From the NCBI GenBank assembly GCA_024229695.1, contig JAAESD010000232.1, positions 35,809 to 99,808 on the forward strand: a stretch of 64,000 nucleotides of DNA, in the 5' to 3' direction. Numbering within the stretch: the first letter of the stretch is position 1; each line of letters opens with the position of its first letter. Of the stretch, positions 19,564 through 29,101 are shown piece by piece. Position numbers and translations under genes: made by a program. The notes under the pieces are model-generated. The model made no database searches. It was not told the DNA's origin and saw only the letters and a list, made by a program, of their open reading frames with translations. This DNA comes from a bacterium (lineage in GTDB: Bacteria; Krumholzibacteriota; Krumholzibacteriia; LZORAL124-64-63).

Positions 19564-20200
19564 TATCCGTCGACATTTTTTAACTGGGATTCTGACAGTT
19601 ACTCCTGTTGCAGTAACTTGCTGGATTACCTGGAAAGTTTATCTGCTAATTGATGGTTTTATTCGTCCATTACTCGAACAGATTCCTTTCTTGAGAGACA
19701 ATGTACCATCGTTTGTAAATACTGTTGCAGGAGTTATAGTGAGTGCAATTCTGATTGTGCTTATTGGTGTATCAGCAAAAAATCTACTTGGAGCAGCTTT
19801 CTTCAGAACTTTTGACAGATTGATGGACAAGATTCCAGTTGTCAGAGGTATTTTCCATATTTCCAAGCAGATTTCAGAAGTGCTTTTGAGTAACTCAAAT
19901 TCAGCTTTCCAAAAAGTTGCAATGTTTGATTACCCACGTTCAGGTATCAAGGCATTGGGGTTTGTTACAAGTGATGACCCTGATAAAGCCAACATAAATG
20001 TATTTCTTCCTACTACACCTAATCCGACTTCCGGGTTCATGCTGATCTTGCCCCGGGCGGACGTACAAATTTTAGACATGTCGGTTGAAGAGGGGATCCG
20101 GTTAATCATTTCCGGTGGATCAGTAGTTGAAAATTCATATGCGGATATAATTGAGCAGGCGATTGCAGGCAGCAAGCAAACAGGAGAGTCCAATGACTGA
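19550..20200 (+). CDS. DUF502-family membrane protein
   Basis: Two N-terminal transmembrane segments are followed by PVVRGIFHISKQISE...GFVTSDD, which is DUF502-like. Confidence 0.6.
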   Translation: MIMADIRRHFLTGILTVTPVAVTCWITWKVYLLIDGFIRPLLEQIPFLRDNVPSFVNTVAGVIVSAILIVLIGVSAKNLLGAAFFRTFDRLMDKIPVVRGIFHISKQISEVLLSNSNSAFQKVAMFDYPRSGIKALGFVTSDDPDKANINVFLPTTPNPTSGFMLILPRADVQILDMSVEEGIRLIISGGSVVENSYADIIEQAIAGSKQTGESND

Positions 20201-21620
20201 TGAGAATATTAAATCAGTTGATAACAGTTCCGAGGAAACATTTTTGGATCCTGCTACAATGGATATTCAGTGGCATGAATATTCAGAGAAGTTTGAGGAT
20301 TTACTTAATGATGGACTTGACTCAGAGCTTATAGAGCTCGCAACTGATATTTCGCCTGGTGATTTATCAGAGATAGTCAAGCCTTTGAGTGTTGACGATA
20401 CTGTTAAATTAATAAGTTTATTGCCTCGAGAGCTTGCTTCCGATGTTCTGGCTGAAATTGACAAGCGTAGTGCTTCTGCTTTTGTGACTTTACTCGATGT
20501 CGAAGAAATTGCTGATATCGTAGAGGAAATGCCCTCCGATGAGGCTACGGACTTTCTTGGCGAGCTTGAAGATGAAAAAGCTCTTGAAATTCTGGCAGCA
20601 ATGGAGCCTGAAGAGCGTCAAGAAGTAACAGAGCTGCTGAAGTATGAGTCTGACAGTGCAGGCGGGTTGATGGCCAAAGAGTTTCTGGCCGTCTCAGAGA
20701 CTGCAGATTGCTTAACAGCAGTTAATGCTCTGAAGGAACTTGACCCTGATGACCTTGATGAGATTCACTATATATACACGATAGATGAAGCCGGGAAGCT
20801 GCTGGGCCGTATCAGGCTGGTTGAGATGTTGATGAAGCCTTGGTCCACACCTGTTGCAGATGCAATGGAAAGAGACCCTCATTGTGTTGAAGCGGATTTG
20901 GACCAGGAAATGGTTGCCCAGTTTGTGAGAACTCACGATTTGGTTACTCTTCCTGTTGTTGATCATGATGGTGTTTTGCTAGGAGTAATTTCAGCCGATG
21001 ATGTTATTGATGTAATTGAAGAAGAAGCAACAGAGGATTACTCACGTCTTGCTGGTACCAGTGTGGATGAGTTTGGTGAAACCTCTCCCTTGAGGATTGC
21101 ACGTTCCCGCTTGCCGTGGCTTTTGGCAGCTCTGGTTGGGCAAGTTGGATGTGTGTTTATGATGAAATCCTTTGAGGCAGGCCTTGCAGCAACAGTAGCT
21201 TTGACTTTCTTTATCCCTGCGATTATGGCAATGGGTGGAAATACAGGTATTCAAACGTCTTCAGTAGTAGTACGTGGTCTGGCAACTGGTGAAGTAGATG
21301 TATTTCACATTGGCAAATATTTGTTGAGGGAGCTCGGTACTGCGCTGATTACAGGCGGTGTGATAGCAATTTGCATGTACTTTGTAGCACTCTTTATTGT
21401 AGGCAACTATCAGCTGGCACTGGTGCTCACTATTTCCATGTTGTCGGTCATTGTATTTGCAGCACTTGTTGGCACATCGATACCTTTGATTCTTCACAGA
21501 ATTGGAATAGATCCTGCCATAGCAACTGGCCCATTTATCACAACAAGTAACGATATCGCAGCAATTCTTATTTATCTTACGATGGCATCTCTGCTGTTGT
21601 CTGAAGGGGTAGGAGCGTGA
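20193..21620 (+). CDS. mgtE: Magnesium transporter MgtE
   Basis: An MgtE N-domain, a CBS pair (TLPVVDHDGVLLGVISADDVIDVIEEEATED) and C-terminal transmembrane helices with the GGNTGIQ motif are present. The start at 20193 is preferred (SD sequence aggag); the ORF extends back to 20151. Confidence 0.85.
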   Translation: MTDENIKSVDNSSEETFLDPATMDIQWHEYSEKFEDLLNDGLDSELIELATDISPGDLSEIVKPLSVDDTVKLISLLPRELASDVLAEIDKRSASAFVTLLDVEEIADIVEEMPSDEATDFLGELEDEKALEILAAMEPEERQEVTELLKYESDSAGGLMAKEFLAVSETADCLTAVNALKELDPDDLDEIHYIYTIDEAGKLLGRIRLVEMLMKPWSTPVADAMERDPHCVEADLDQEMVAQFVRTHDLVTLPVVDHDGVLLGVISADDVIDVIEEEATEDYSRLAGTSVDEFGETSPLRIARSRLPWLLAALVGQVGCVFMMKSFEAGLAATVALTFFIPAIMAMGGNTGIQTSSVVVRGLATGEVDVFHIGKYLLRELGTALITGGVIAICMYFVALFIVGNYQLALVLTISMLSVIVFAALVGTSIPLILHRIGIDPAIATGPFITTSNDIAAILIYLTMASLLLSEGVGA

Positions 21621-22408
21621 CAACAATTTCCAGACCGGTAATCTCATCTGAAGCGATGGTTTTGCGAGTCTGGCCAACTGGAGAAACCAGTGTTATTGCG
21701 TCGTTACTAACCGAAGAGTCAGGTTTTGTAAAGGTCATTGCCAAAGGGGCCCGCAACAGCAAATCGAATCTCAGGCCCCTGGTTCAACCCGGGACGATTG
21801 TTGACGTAGAATATACAGTTGTTGAAGGTCGCGATTTGCAATATCTGCGCGGGGGCAGCGTCAGTCTTGGAACTTCTAAGGCAAGTCTGACTCTGGAAAA
21901 GACAGCCTATTTGCTGGCTATTGTGGAAATAATTGATCGATGTAAGCCCACTGGTAAGGATGTCGATCTGTTTCATCTTTGCCGACGCTTTATGGAAGTG
22001 TTATCGTCACTACCTTCAAGTGTGAATGCTTCCGCATATTACAGGTTCCTGTTGGAGTTACTGAATATGCAGGGACTTGCGCCGACGTTGAATCGATGTT
22101 CAAATTGTCGGGCAGACATGTTAGATGACAGTACATCGGTTTATTTTTTTAGTTATTCATCTGGCGGTATTGTTTGTGCCAATTGCTTGGACACAGCCAA
22201 GGCTGGCAGGGATTTAACGCCTCCAGTGTACAGCAATTTACGTAAGCTCCTTGAACAAGGAATAGATACAGGTCCACCAGTGACCAGGCAGGTTGATAGA
22301 GAAACTGGAATTGTGTTACACAGATTTCTTGAATACCATTTGCCAGATTATAGATTACCAGCAGCACTTGATATGCTGAAAGTTTGCAAGGTTAACAAAG
22401 AGAGCTAG
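21617..22408 (+). CDS. recO: DNA repair protein RecO
   Basis: An N-terminal OB fold (VLRVWPTGETSVIASLLTEESGFVKVIAKGAR) is followed by a Zn finger CxxC...CxxC (CSNCRAD...CANC). The GTG start overlaps the mgtE stop. Confidence 0.8.
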   Translation: MTTISRPVISSEAMVLRVWPTGETSVIASLLTEESGFVKVIAKGARNSKSNLRPLVQPGTIVDVEYTVVEGRDLQYLRGGSVSLGTSKASLTLEKTAYLLAIVEIIDRCKPTGKDVDLFHLCRRFMEVLSSLPSSVNASAYYRFLLELLNMQGLAPTLNRCSNCRADMLDDSTSVYFFSYSSGGIVCANCLDTAKAGRDLTPPVYSNLRKLLEQGIDTGPPVTRQVDRETGIVLHRFLEYHLPDYRLPAALDMLKVCKVNKES

Positions 22409-22426
22409 GCTCCAAAGGTGAAAGAT

Positions 22427-23311
22427 ATGATGGATTATCAAGAGATGATTGCAAAATTACAACAGTTCTGGAGTGACCAGGGTTGTGTGATTATTCAACC
22501 ATACAATTCTGAAGTAGGTGCAGGGACATTCAACCCAGCCACGTTCTTGAGGTGCCTTGGTCCTGAGCCATGGAAAGTTGCATATGTTGAGCCAAGTCGT
22601 CGACCAAAAGATGGTCGATATGGTGAGAACCCAAACAGGGTTCAGCAGTTTCTGCAGTACCAGGTGATTTTGAAGCCAAATCCAGCAGACTCTCAGGAGC
22701 TTTACCTTGAGTCCTTGCGTGCAATCGGAATTGAACCAGCAGAACATGATATCAGATTTGTTGAAGATGATTGGGAATCACCAACTCTAGGTGCTGCAGG
22801 TCTTGGTTGGGAAGTCTGGATTGACGGTATGGAAATATCCCAATTTACATATTTTCAACAAGTAGGTGGTTTAAAGGTAGATCCTGTTTGTGTTGAACTT
22901 ACTTACGGTCTTCTGCGGATTGCTATGTATATTCAGGGAGTTGAGCATGTCAACGATCTGATGTGGGGTGGTGGACTTACCTGGGGAGATATCCAGGGAC
23001 AATACGAAAAAGAATATTCCGAGTTTAACTTTGAAAAAGCCGATGTAGAGATGTATCGACGAAATTTTGAGGAAAAAGAAGCAGAAGCTCTTGGGTTGAT
23101 TGAGGATGGGCTTATTTTTCCCGGTTATGATTCAATAATTAAATGTAGCCATATTTTTAATTTGCTTGAGGCTCGCGGTGCAATTTCAGTTACCGAAAGA
23201 ACCGGTTATATAAAGAGAGTGCGAACTCTATCGAGGAAAGTTGCAGAAGCATATCTGACCAAGCGTGAGGAAATGGGGTTCCCGTTGTTGAATCGTGAGG
23301 TGTCTGAATAA
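22427..23311 (+). CDS. glyQ: Glycine--tRNA ligase alpha subunit
   Basis: The conserved block [58 protein letters not shown] is present. Confidence 0.9.
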   Translation: MMDYQEMIAKLQQFWSDQGCVIIQPYNSEVGAGTFNPATFLRCLGPEPWKVAYVEPSRRPKDGRYGENPNRVQQFLQYQVILKPNPADSQELYLESLRAIGIEPAEHDIRFVEDDWESPTLGAAGLGWEVWIDGMEISQFTYFQQVGGLKVDPVCVELTYGLLRIAMYIQGVEHVNDLMWGGGLTWGDIQGQYEKEYSEFNFEKADVEMYRRNFEEKEAEALGLIEDGLIFPGYDSIIKCSHIFNLLEARGAISVTERTGYIKRVRTLSRKVAEAYLTKREEMGFPLLNREVSE

Positions 23312-25470
23312 TGTCTGAAATAAAGAGAACAGGATTTCTATTTGAAATTGGTACCGATGAATTACCAGCTCGTTTTCTGCCTGTAGAACAAAAGCATGTG
23401 GAGAAATCTCTGGGAGTTGCGTTAACAGACCTAAGGCTTCCCTATGAGGCCATGCAGGTGTTTGTTGCGCCCAGGCGGCTTTCAATTCTGATTGATGGTC
23501 TTGCTGTTTCACAAGAAGATGTAACTGTTGAGATTAAAGGTCCACCTGCAAAGATTGCTTTTGATGACGATGGCAAACCAACAAATGCAGCTGTCGGCTT
23601 TGCTAAGAAGAACGGGATTGATGTTTCTGATTTGTATGAGATTGATGACGGCAAGGGACAGTTTGTCGGAGCAAAGAAATATGTTCTAGGTAAGTCTGCT
23701 GCAGAGCTGTTGTCTGAGAAAATTCCTGAAATCCTGAAAACAATACCTTTTCCAAAAACTATGCGGTGGGGCAGCAGTGATTTTGTCTATGCCCGACCAA
23801 TTCAGTGGTTGGTTGCTTTATTGGACAAGGAAGTTGTGCCTGTTGAGTTTGGCAGTCATATAGCTGGCAGAGTGTCCAGGGGACACAGAACACTGGCATT
23901 GGGTAGAGAAATATCGATTGACAGTTCGGATAGCTATCTAACTCAACTCCAAGATAACTTTGTAATTGTTAATCAAAACCTCAGGATGGAAATAATATCC
24001 AAAGGCATAAGTGAAGCTCTTTCAAACATCGAAAATGCAAAGTGTATGGATGATCAGGATTTGTTAATCGAGGTTGCAAACATATGTGAATATCCGACAC
24101 CATTTGTTGGCTCATTCAGTGAAGACTTCTTTGAGCTTCCAGATGAGGTTATTGTTACGGCTCTTAAATCCCATCAACGATATTTTTCTGTTGAGAAAAA
24201 AGATGCACCTGGTCTGCTCCCGTATTTCGTTGCAGTCAGAGATGGTGGTTCTGAGGCTTTGGATAATGTCAGGCACGGAAATGAGAAGGTTCTCAGGGCA
24301 AGGCTAAGTGATGCACTCTTTTATTGGGAGTTTGACCAAAGGCAAACCCCGGACGAACATATTTCCAGACTCTCAAGCGTTACTTGGATTGAAGGCTATG
24401 GCTCAATGCTGGACAAAGTTGAACGCGTTAAAAAGCTTACCAAATGGATTTGGGAAAACGGAGCTGGTGTAGACGAAATGCCTGCAGATTTGGTCAGGAC
24501 AGCTGAAATATACAAGTTTGATCTGGTCACAGAGATGATTAAAGACGGTAAGGAATTTACAAAACTTGAAGGACTTATTGGTGCTCGCTATGCTGCTGCG
24601 GCAAAAGAGAGCAGCCAGGTCTGTGATATTTTGCAGGAGTACAACAGGCCTCGTTCTGCTGGTGACGAAGTCTCAGAAAACAAGTTGGCGTCAATACTGT
24701 CGATTGCCGAGCGAATTGATACCCTGGCTGGTTGCTGGCTGGCAGGATTTTCTCCAACCGGAGCTAAAGATGCTTATGCTTTGCGCAGGCACACATTGTC
24801 TACTCTCAGAATAATGGCAGCTCACGATCTGCATATAAATATCCCGGAACTACTCACAGCTGCTCTGGCCAGTTATACAGAATCTGACAACAGCGACAAT
24901 GCAATCCAGGAGATGGAAAAATTTGTATCAACCAGGCTTCTTGGATATTTCGAAAATCTTGGCTATGAAGGTGACGTTGTTAGAGCTGTCTTACCAACTC
25001 ATGGGCAGGATCCTGTAGATGCGCTAAAGTGGGTAGAGGCGCTTTCTGCTTACAGAAGCAAGGATGATTTTGTCAAATTAGCTACCGGATTCAAACGATG
25101 TAGAAATATTCTGGGAGAAAATGTACTGCGTGGCCAAGATCGCAGATTATCTCCCGAGCGCTGGGGGAAAGGTGGAATGTCCCCAGAAGGTGTCAATTTC
25201 GACTCTTTACCCGAACCAGCCGAGATTTCTTTGCGTGATAGCGTACGTCATGAAATATCAAATCTGATAGCTGCTGAATCTGAGCAGGACTATAATACAG
25301 TATTTTCAGTTTTATCCGGTTTAGGGCCTGCAATTGACGAATTTTTCGATTCTGTGAGAGTAAATACCGATAATCAAGAATTAACGAGCATTCGTCATGA
25401 TTTTTTACGTGAAATACACTCTCTTTTTGCAAGGTATGCTGATTTCTCTGAAGTTGTACCTTCAGATTAG
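23311..25470 (+). CDS. glyS: Glycine--tRNA ligase beta subunit
   Basis: A 719-aa ORF lies immediately after glyQ, overlapping its stop. GlyS-like segments such as TPFVGSFSEDFFELPDEVIVTALKSHQRYF and a C-terminal anticodon-binding region are present. Confidence 0.88.
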   Translation: MSEIKRTGFLFEIGTDELPARFLPVEQKHVEKSLGVALTDLRLPYEAMQVFVAPRRLSILIDGLAVSQEDVTVEIKGPPAKIAFDDDGKPTNAAVGFAKKNGIDVSDLYEIDDGKGQFVGAKKYVLGKSAAELLSEKIPEILKTIPFPKTMRWGSSDFVYARPIQWLVALLDKEVVPVEFGSHIAGRVSRGHRTLALGREISIDSSDSYLTQLQDNFVIVNQNLRMEIISKGISEALSNIENAKCMDDQDLLIEVANICEYPTPFVGSFSEDFFELPDEVIVTALKSHQRYFSVEKKDAPGLLPYFVAVRDGGSEALDNVRHGNEKVLRARLSDALFYWEFDQRQTPDEHISRLSSVTWIEGYGSMLDKVERVKKLTKWIWENGAGVDEMPADLVRTAEIYKFDLVTEMIKDGKEFTKLEGLIGARYAAAAKESSQVCDILQEYNRPRSAGDEVSENKLASILSIAERIDTLAGCWLAGFSPTGAKDAYALRRHTLSTLRIMAAHDLHINIPELLTAALASYTESDNSDNAIQEMEKFVSTRLLGYFENLGYEGDVVRAVLPTHGQDPVDALKWVEALSAYRSKDDFVKLATGFKRCRNILGENVLRGQDRRLSPERWGKGGMSPEGVNFDSLPEPAEISLRDSVRHEISNLIAAESEQDYNTVFSVLSGLGPAIDEFFDSVRVNTDNQELTSIRHDFLREIHSLFARYADFSEVVPSD

Positions 25471-25492
25471 GTTTTATTTGATTTACAACTTT

Positions 25493-25527
25493 AGTCAGGA
25501 CTTCAAGTTGAAGTCCTGACTTTTTTA
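25493..25527 (+). terminator. Rho-independent terminator ending the glyQS array
   Basis: The 14-bp perfect stem agtcaggacttcaa / ttgaagtcctgact is followed by TTTTTT. Confidence 0.75.
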
Positions 25528-25538
25528 CATTTAAGGTA

Positions 25539-25567
25539 TTGACTCAATATTAGATTTTATGTACAAT
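25539..25567 (+). promoter_or_regulatory. Sigma-70-type promoter: TTGACT, 17-nt spacer, TACAAT
   Basis: TTGACT lies at 25539-25544 and TACAAT at 25562-25567. This implies a leader of about 270 nt before the 25847 start. Confidence 0.5.
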
Positions 25568-25846
25568 ACACGTTGCGACTCAAACAAAGGTAAAAGTTTT
25601 TTCCACTTGCGACGTTGTGCCGTTCCACTTTCTAGTGAGATCCTAACTTGACACTTACTTGCTAGTTTGCGAGTCACCACGTCGAAAGCTTCCAACTGAG
25701 AACATTCTGTTTTCAGCAGTGGTGCTATCGACAGGAATTTCACTTTTGCCTAATCTGTAGGGTTTCGATACCGCTTGAGCGGCGGCGTCGGAACAAGTCC
25801 TTTCACCTTTACCATTTGTTAATTGAATTAACAGTGGGGGGAAAGT

Positions 25847-28831
25847 ATGAGAAAACTCACTCTCGTTAGTTTGGCCTTGGTTATTCTTACCGGATCTGCA
25901 CTTGCTTCTATTGGATCTTACGATCTAGCTGACGGCAAATATGAGCAGGTCTTTAATGCAACTCCAATGAATGCATCACGTGCAGACACCGTTTATCTTA
26001 TCGGTGGACCTGACCGTGACGATGGTAAATTCCAAGATGATCTTTCAGGTACACAACCTGAAGATGAAGGTTGGTTTGGTGTAGACCTTACTGCAAAAGT
26101 CCCAACCTGGCATGTTAGTACTTATCGCACAGGTGTAAACACTGCATATTGTGGCGATGAGCTTATTCCTTCTTGTGGCGTCGGCGATCCTATCGGTGGC
26201 TACGCAAACTCTTACTGGGAGCTTCTAGACTGGTCTGGAACTGCTCCTGATCCTTTAGCAGCCACAGTTGTTGACGTTACTGGAACAATCTGGTACGACA
26301 ACGAGCCTGGTTATGACTACACATACTTTGCTGTAGAAGAAACAGGCGGAATGATGGCGTATGGAACATGGAACGGTATTGGCGATGCTGAAGCTATCGC
26401 TGTTAACGTTACTGTTGATCCTGCTAATTATATTGGCCCTGGTCTTGATCAAATCCACGTACAGTTCATCGGTGGTTCTGATAGTGCTTGGTCGGATTCT
26501 GATTGTGATTGGCCAACTCAAGGTCACACAAACCTTGATGACATTGCTGTATCATTTAATGGCACTCAAGTGATTTTCGATGATTTCGAAAGTGGCCTTG
26601 GTGTTAACTGGACAGTTGTTCTACCACCTGCTGTTGGCGACTTTGCTAAAGTATGGCCACGTCTAGGTGACGCTGATGAATGTAAATCAAATGATTCACC
26701 TCAGTTTGCTTTCATCGATGATGGTCTTGTTGTTCCTGGTACCGGTGGTACTCTTGGAGTGGGAGACGCAACTTATGGTCCTGGTGGCTGGGCAGTCAAC
26801 CTTCTTGGTGGACTTGCTGGTCCTGATTACCATCACCAGAATGAAATCTGGTCTCCAGTTTTAGCGTACCCAGTAGGTGCTTATGATGGAGCTCAGTTTG
26901 ATTACGATGTATATCGTCATCAAATTCTTAATAATGGACTTTTCTATGTATGGCATGTTCGTTCTTCAATTGACAACGTCAACTGGACATCATGGCAAGA
27001 TCGTAACTTTGTATACTATGGTGGTCCAGACTACCTGCGTATTGAACAACCAGTTACTGACTTGTTGGAGCCTGGTCGTATGTTCGTTCAGCTTGCTATT
27101 GGTACAAATGAGTTGGGTTACCTCTGGGGCTTTGAAGGCACTGATGCAACTCCAGGTCCTTACTTTGACAATGTCTCTTTCAGAGTTTACGAGTTTGGTG
27201 GTCCTGGTATCTCCACTCGTGAAATTGATATAGCACAAGACAACTTCCCTGCTATTGGTACTATTAACTATGGTGATCTAGCAACTAACGATGTTAGATT
27301 TGACATGGCTAGAAATATTGCCCTTGAAGCGGATATGATTAACCTTCCTGGTGACTCAATTGTCTTTGACATTGTTGCTGTTCGTACAGGTTCAGTTCTT
27401 GCTGGTATTCCAACTCTGAATTACCACATGGACAGAAACCCTCTGTTCGATCCAGTCCGAAACCCTGCATACCCAGCTGTTGATACAGTCGTTGGTGACT
27501 CAATCTTCCTGGACACAGGTGCTTTGATAGCAGATCGTTACAGTTTTGATCTTCCAGATGATGAAGACTTCTTCTTCCCTGGTGATGTAATTCATTATTA
27601 CATTTCTGCTTCAGACGACCTTGGTGGAACATCCACATTGCCATCAGACCTTGATGGTTTTGGTGTTTTCCCAGGTGATCCTCTGTATCAACCATTTATT
27701 TGGAACAGTAGCTATGTTGTTCGCGCTCTTCCTACAATGGAAGATGAGCTTGGCGCTCAGCCTGCCATTCTGTTATGGAATGACTTTGCTGACCGTGGTG
27801 GCGAAAATGAGTGGCAATATGCTCTGAACACTCTTGGTTACCAAGAAGGTGTTGACTATGATTACTACTATACCAATGGTCCTTCCTCTGGTGTAGGTAA
27901 TGGTCTTGGTGGACGTGCAACTCCTTCCACACTTGCTGGTTATGAGACTCTTCTCTATACCTCAGGTAACCTTGGATCATTTACTCTAAGTAATGGTGAC
28001 TATGCTAACGATCCTGGTGATGATATCACTTTGGTTAATGACTGGTTAGAACTAGGTGACAAGAACGTATTGTTCACCGGTGATGATCTGGCAGATGACT
28101 TGATGGCTTCTGGTGCAAACGGAATCTCTTTCGTTAGTACCTGGTTGTCAGTTGACTATCTTGGTGATGACTTACGTCCAGTTATTGGTGGACAGTCTGC
28201 ACCTCTGGTACTGCCAATTGTTGGTAATACTGTTGGCCTGACCACAGAGTTTATTGCATATGGTGGCTGCCCTGTATTCAACGACTTTGACATGGTTTTC
28301 CCAAATGGTACTTGTGAGCGTATTGCTGAATTTGCCGATGCTTCTGGTAACGGTGGAGTTTACAATGGTTATGCTGCAGGTGTTTACAATTGGGATGTAA
28401 CATATACAGCAGATGTAGTCTACTTCCCAGTTGACTTCATGTACTGGTATAACACAGGTGCACCTGGAAACGCTCGTGCAGCTGCTCTAAATGAAATTCT
28501 GTTATTCTTTGGCCATCTTGGTAGTAGCACTCCTACTGGCGTAGTGCCAGGTGCTGGAACCTTTGCAGCCAAGAACTTCCCGAATCCATTTAACCCATCT
28601 ACTAAAATTGAATGGACCATCCCTAGTGCTGGCGATCTTTCAATTAAGGTATACAACGTTCAAGGTGAGCTCGTTAAGACTCTCATGGACGAAGTTGTTT
28701 CAGAAACTTCAGGTGTAAAGACCTGGAATGGTACAAACAACGCTGGTAGCGATGTTGCTTCTGGTATCTACTTCTATGAAGTACGTTCAGGCAGCAATGT
28801 TACTGTTAACAAAATGGCTCTCGTTAAGTAA
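25847..28831 (+). CDS. Large secreted hypothetical protein with a canonical T9SS C-terminal sorting domain
   Basis: A signal peptide (MRKLTLVSLALVILTGSALA) is present. The C-terminus FPNPFNPSTKIEWTIPSAGDLSIKVYNVQGELVKTLMDE...SGIYFYEVRSGSNVTVNKMALVK matches the T9SS sorting-domain pattern. No catalytic motif was recognised. Confidence 0.75.
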   Translation: MRKLTLVSLALVILTGSALASIGSYDLADGKYEQVFNATPMNASRADTVYLIGGPDRDDGKFQDDLSGTQPEDEGWFGVDLTAKVPTWHVSTYRTGVNTAYCGDELIPSCGVGDPIGGYANSYWELLDWSGTAPDPLAATVVDVTGTIWYDNEPGYDYTYFAVEETGGMMAYGTWNGIGDAEAIAVNVTVDPANYIGPGLDQIHVQFIGGSDSAWSDSDCDWPTQGHTNLDDIAVSFNGTQVIFDDFESGLGVNWTVVLPPAVGDFAKVWPRLGDADECKSNDSPQFAFIDDGLVVPGTGGTLGVGDATYGPGGWAVNLLGGLAGPDYHHQNEIWSPVLAYPVGAYDGAQFDYDVYRHQILNNGLFYVWHVRSSIDNVNWTSWQDRNFVYYGGPDYLRIEQPVTDLLEPGRMFVQLAIGTNELGYLWGFEGTDATPGPYFDNVSFRVYEFGGPGISTREIDIAQDNFPAIGTINYGDLATNDVRFDMARNIALEADMINLPGDSIVFDIVAVRTGSVLAGIPTLNYHMDRNPLFDPVRNPAYPAVDTVVGDSIFLDTGALIADRYSFDLPDDEDFFFPGDVIHYYISASDDLGGTSTLPSDLDGFGVFPGDPLYQPFIWNSSYVVRALPTMEDELGAQPAILLWNDFADRGGENEWQYALNTLGYQEGVDYDYYYTNGPSSGVGNGLGGRATPSTLAGYETLLYTSGNLGSFTLSNGDYANDPGDDITLVNDWLELGDKNVLFTGDDLADDLMASGANGISFVSTWLSVDYLGDDLRPVIGGQSAPLVLPIVGNTVGLTTEFIAYGGCPVFNDFDMVFPNGTCERIAEFADASGNGGVYNGYAAGVYNWDVTYTADVVYFPVDFMYWYNTGAPGNARAAALNEILLFFGHLGSSTPTGVVPGAGTFAAKNFPNPFNPSTKIEWTIPSAGDLSIKVYNVQGELVKTLMDEVVSETSGVKTWNGTNNAGSDVASGIYFYEVRSGSNVTVNKMALVK

Positions 28832-28854
28832 TTTACTTTTCGTTTAGTCTTTGT

Positions 28855-28883
28855 GGCGCCCCTTTTCAGGGGCGCCTTTTTTT
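28855..28883 (+). terminator. Rho-independent terminator
   Basis: The structure is ggcgcccc-ttttca-ggggcgcc followed by TTTTTTT. Confidence 0.8.
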
Positions 28884-28940
28884 GTGTATCTGCTTTGAAC
28901 AAAATATTTTAATTTGCAACAAGTTAAAGTAAAGTCTGGG

Positions 28941-28970
28941 TTGACACTGTTACGGTTCAATCCCTATATT
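28941..28970 (+). promoter_or_regulatory. Possible sigma-70-type promoter (TTGACA ... CTATAT/TATATT)
   Basis: TTGACA lies at 28941-28946 and a -10-like CTATAT sits 17 nt downstream. The -10 element is weak. Confidence 0.3.
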
Positions 28971-29101
28971 TCATTGGAAGAAGTATAGTAGTCTTGACCC
29001 TGAAACTTCCAAGTTGATCTTGGTTGGTTTTCGTGACAGCAGTGTGTTTTTTACAATTGAAACCATTGCTGTTTGCGGTGTATGAAAGGCGTACACTGAA
29101 T

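Noticed and set aside
25531-25743. 70-aa minus-strand ORF in the glyS-to-cargo intergenic region
   Set aside because: It overlaps the glyS terminator and the predicted + strand promoter and leader. It has no SD sequence and no recognisable motif. It is more likely non-coding leader sequence.
26255-28656. Multiple hydrophobic small ORFs (for example 26361-26573, 26667-26864, 26877-27233) within the 25847 gene
   Set aside because: They are alternate-frame artefacts of a Gly/Asp/Thr-rich coding region, all contained within one long ORF that ends in a clear T9SS sorting domain.
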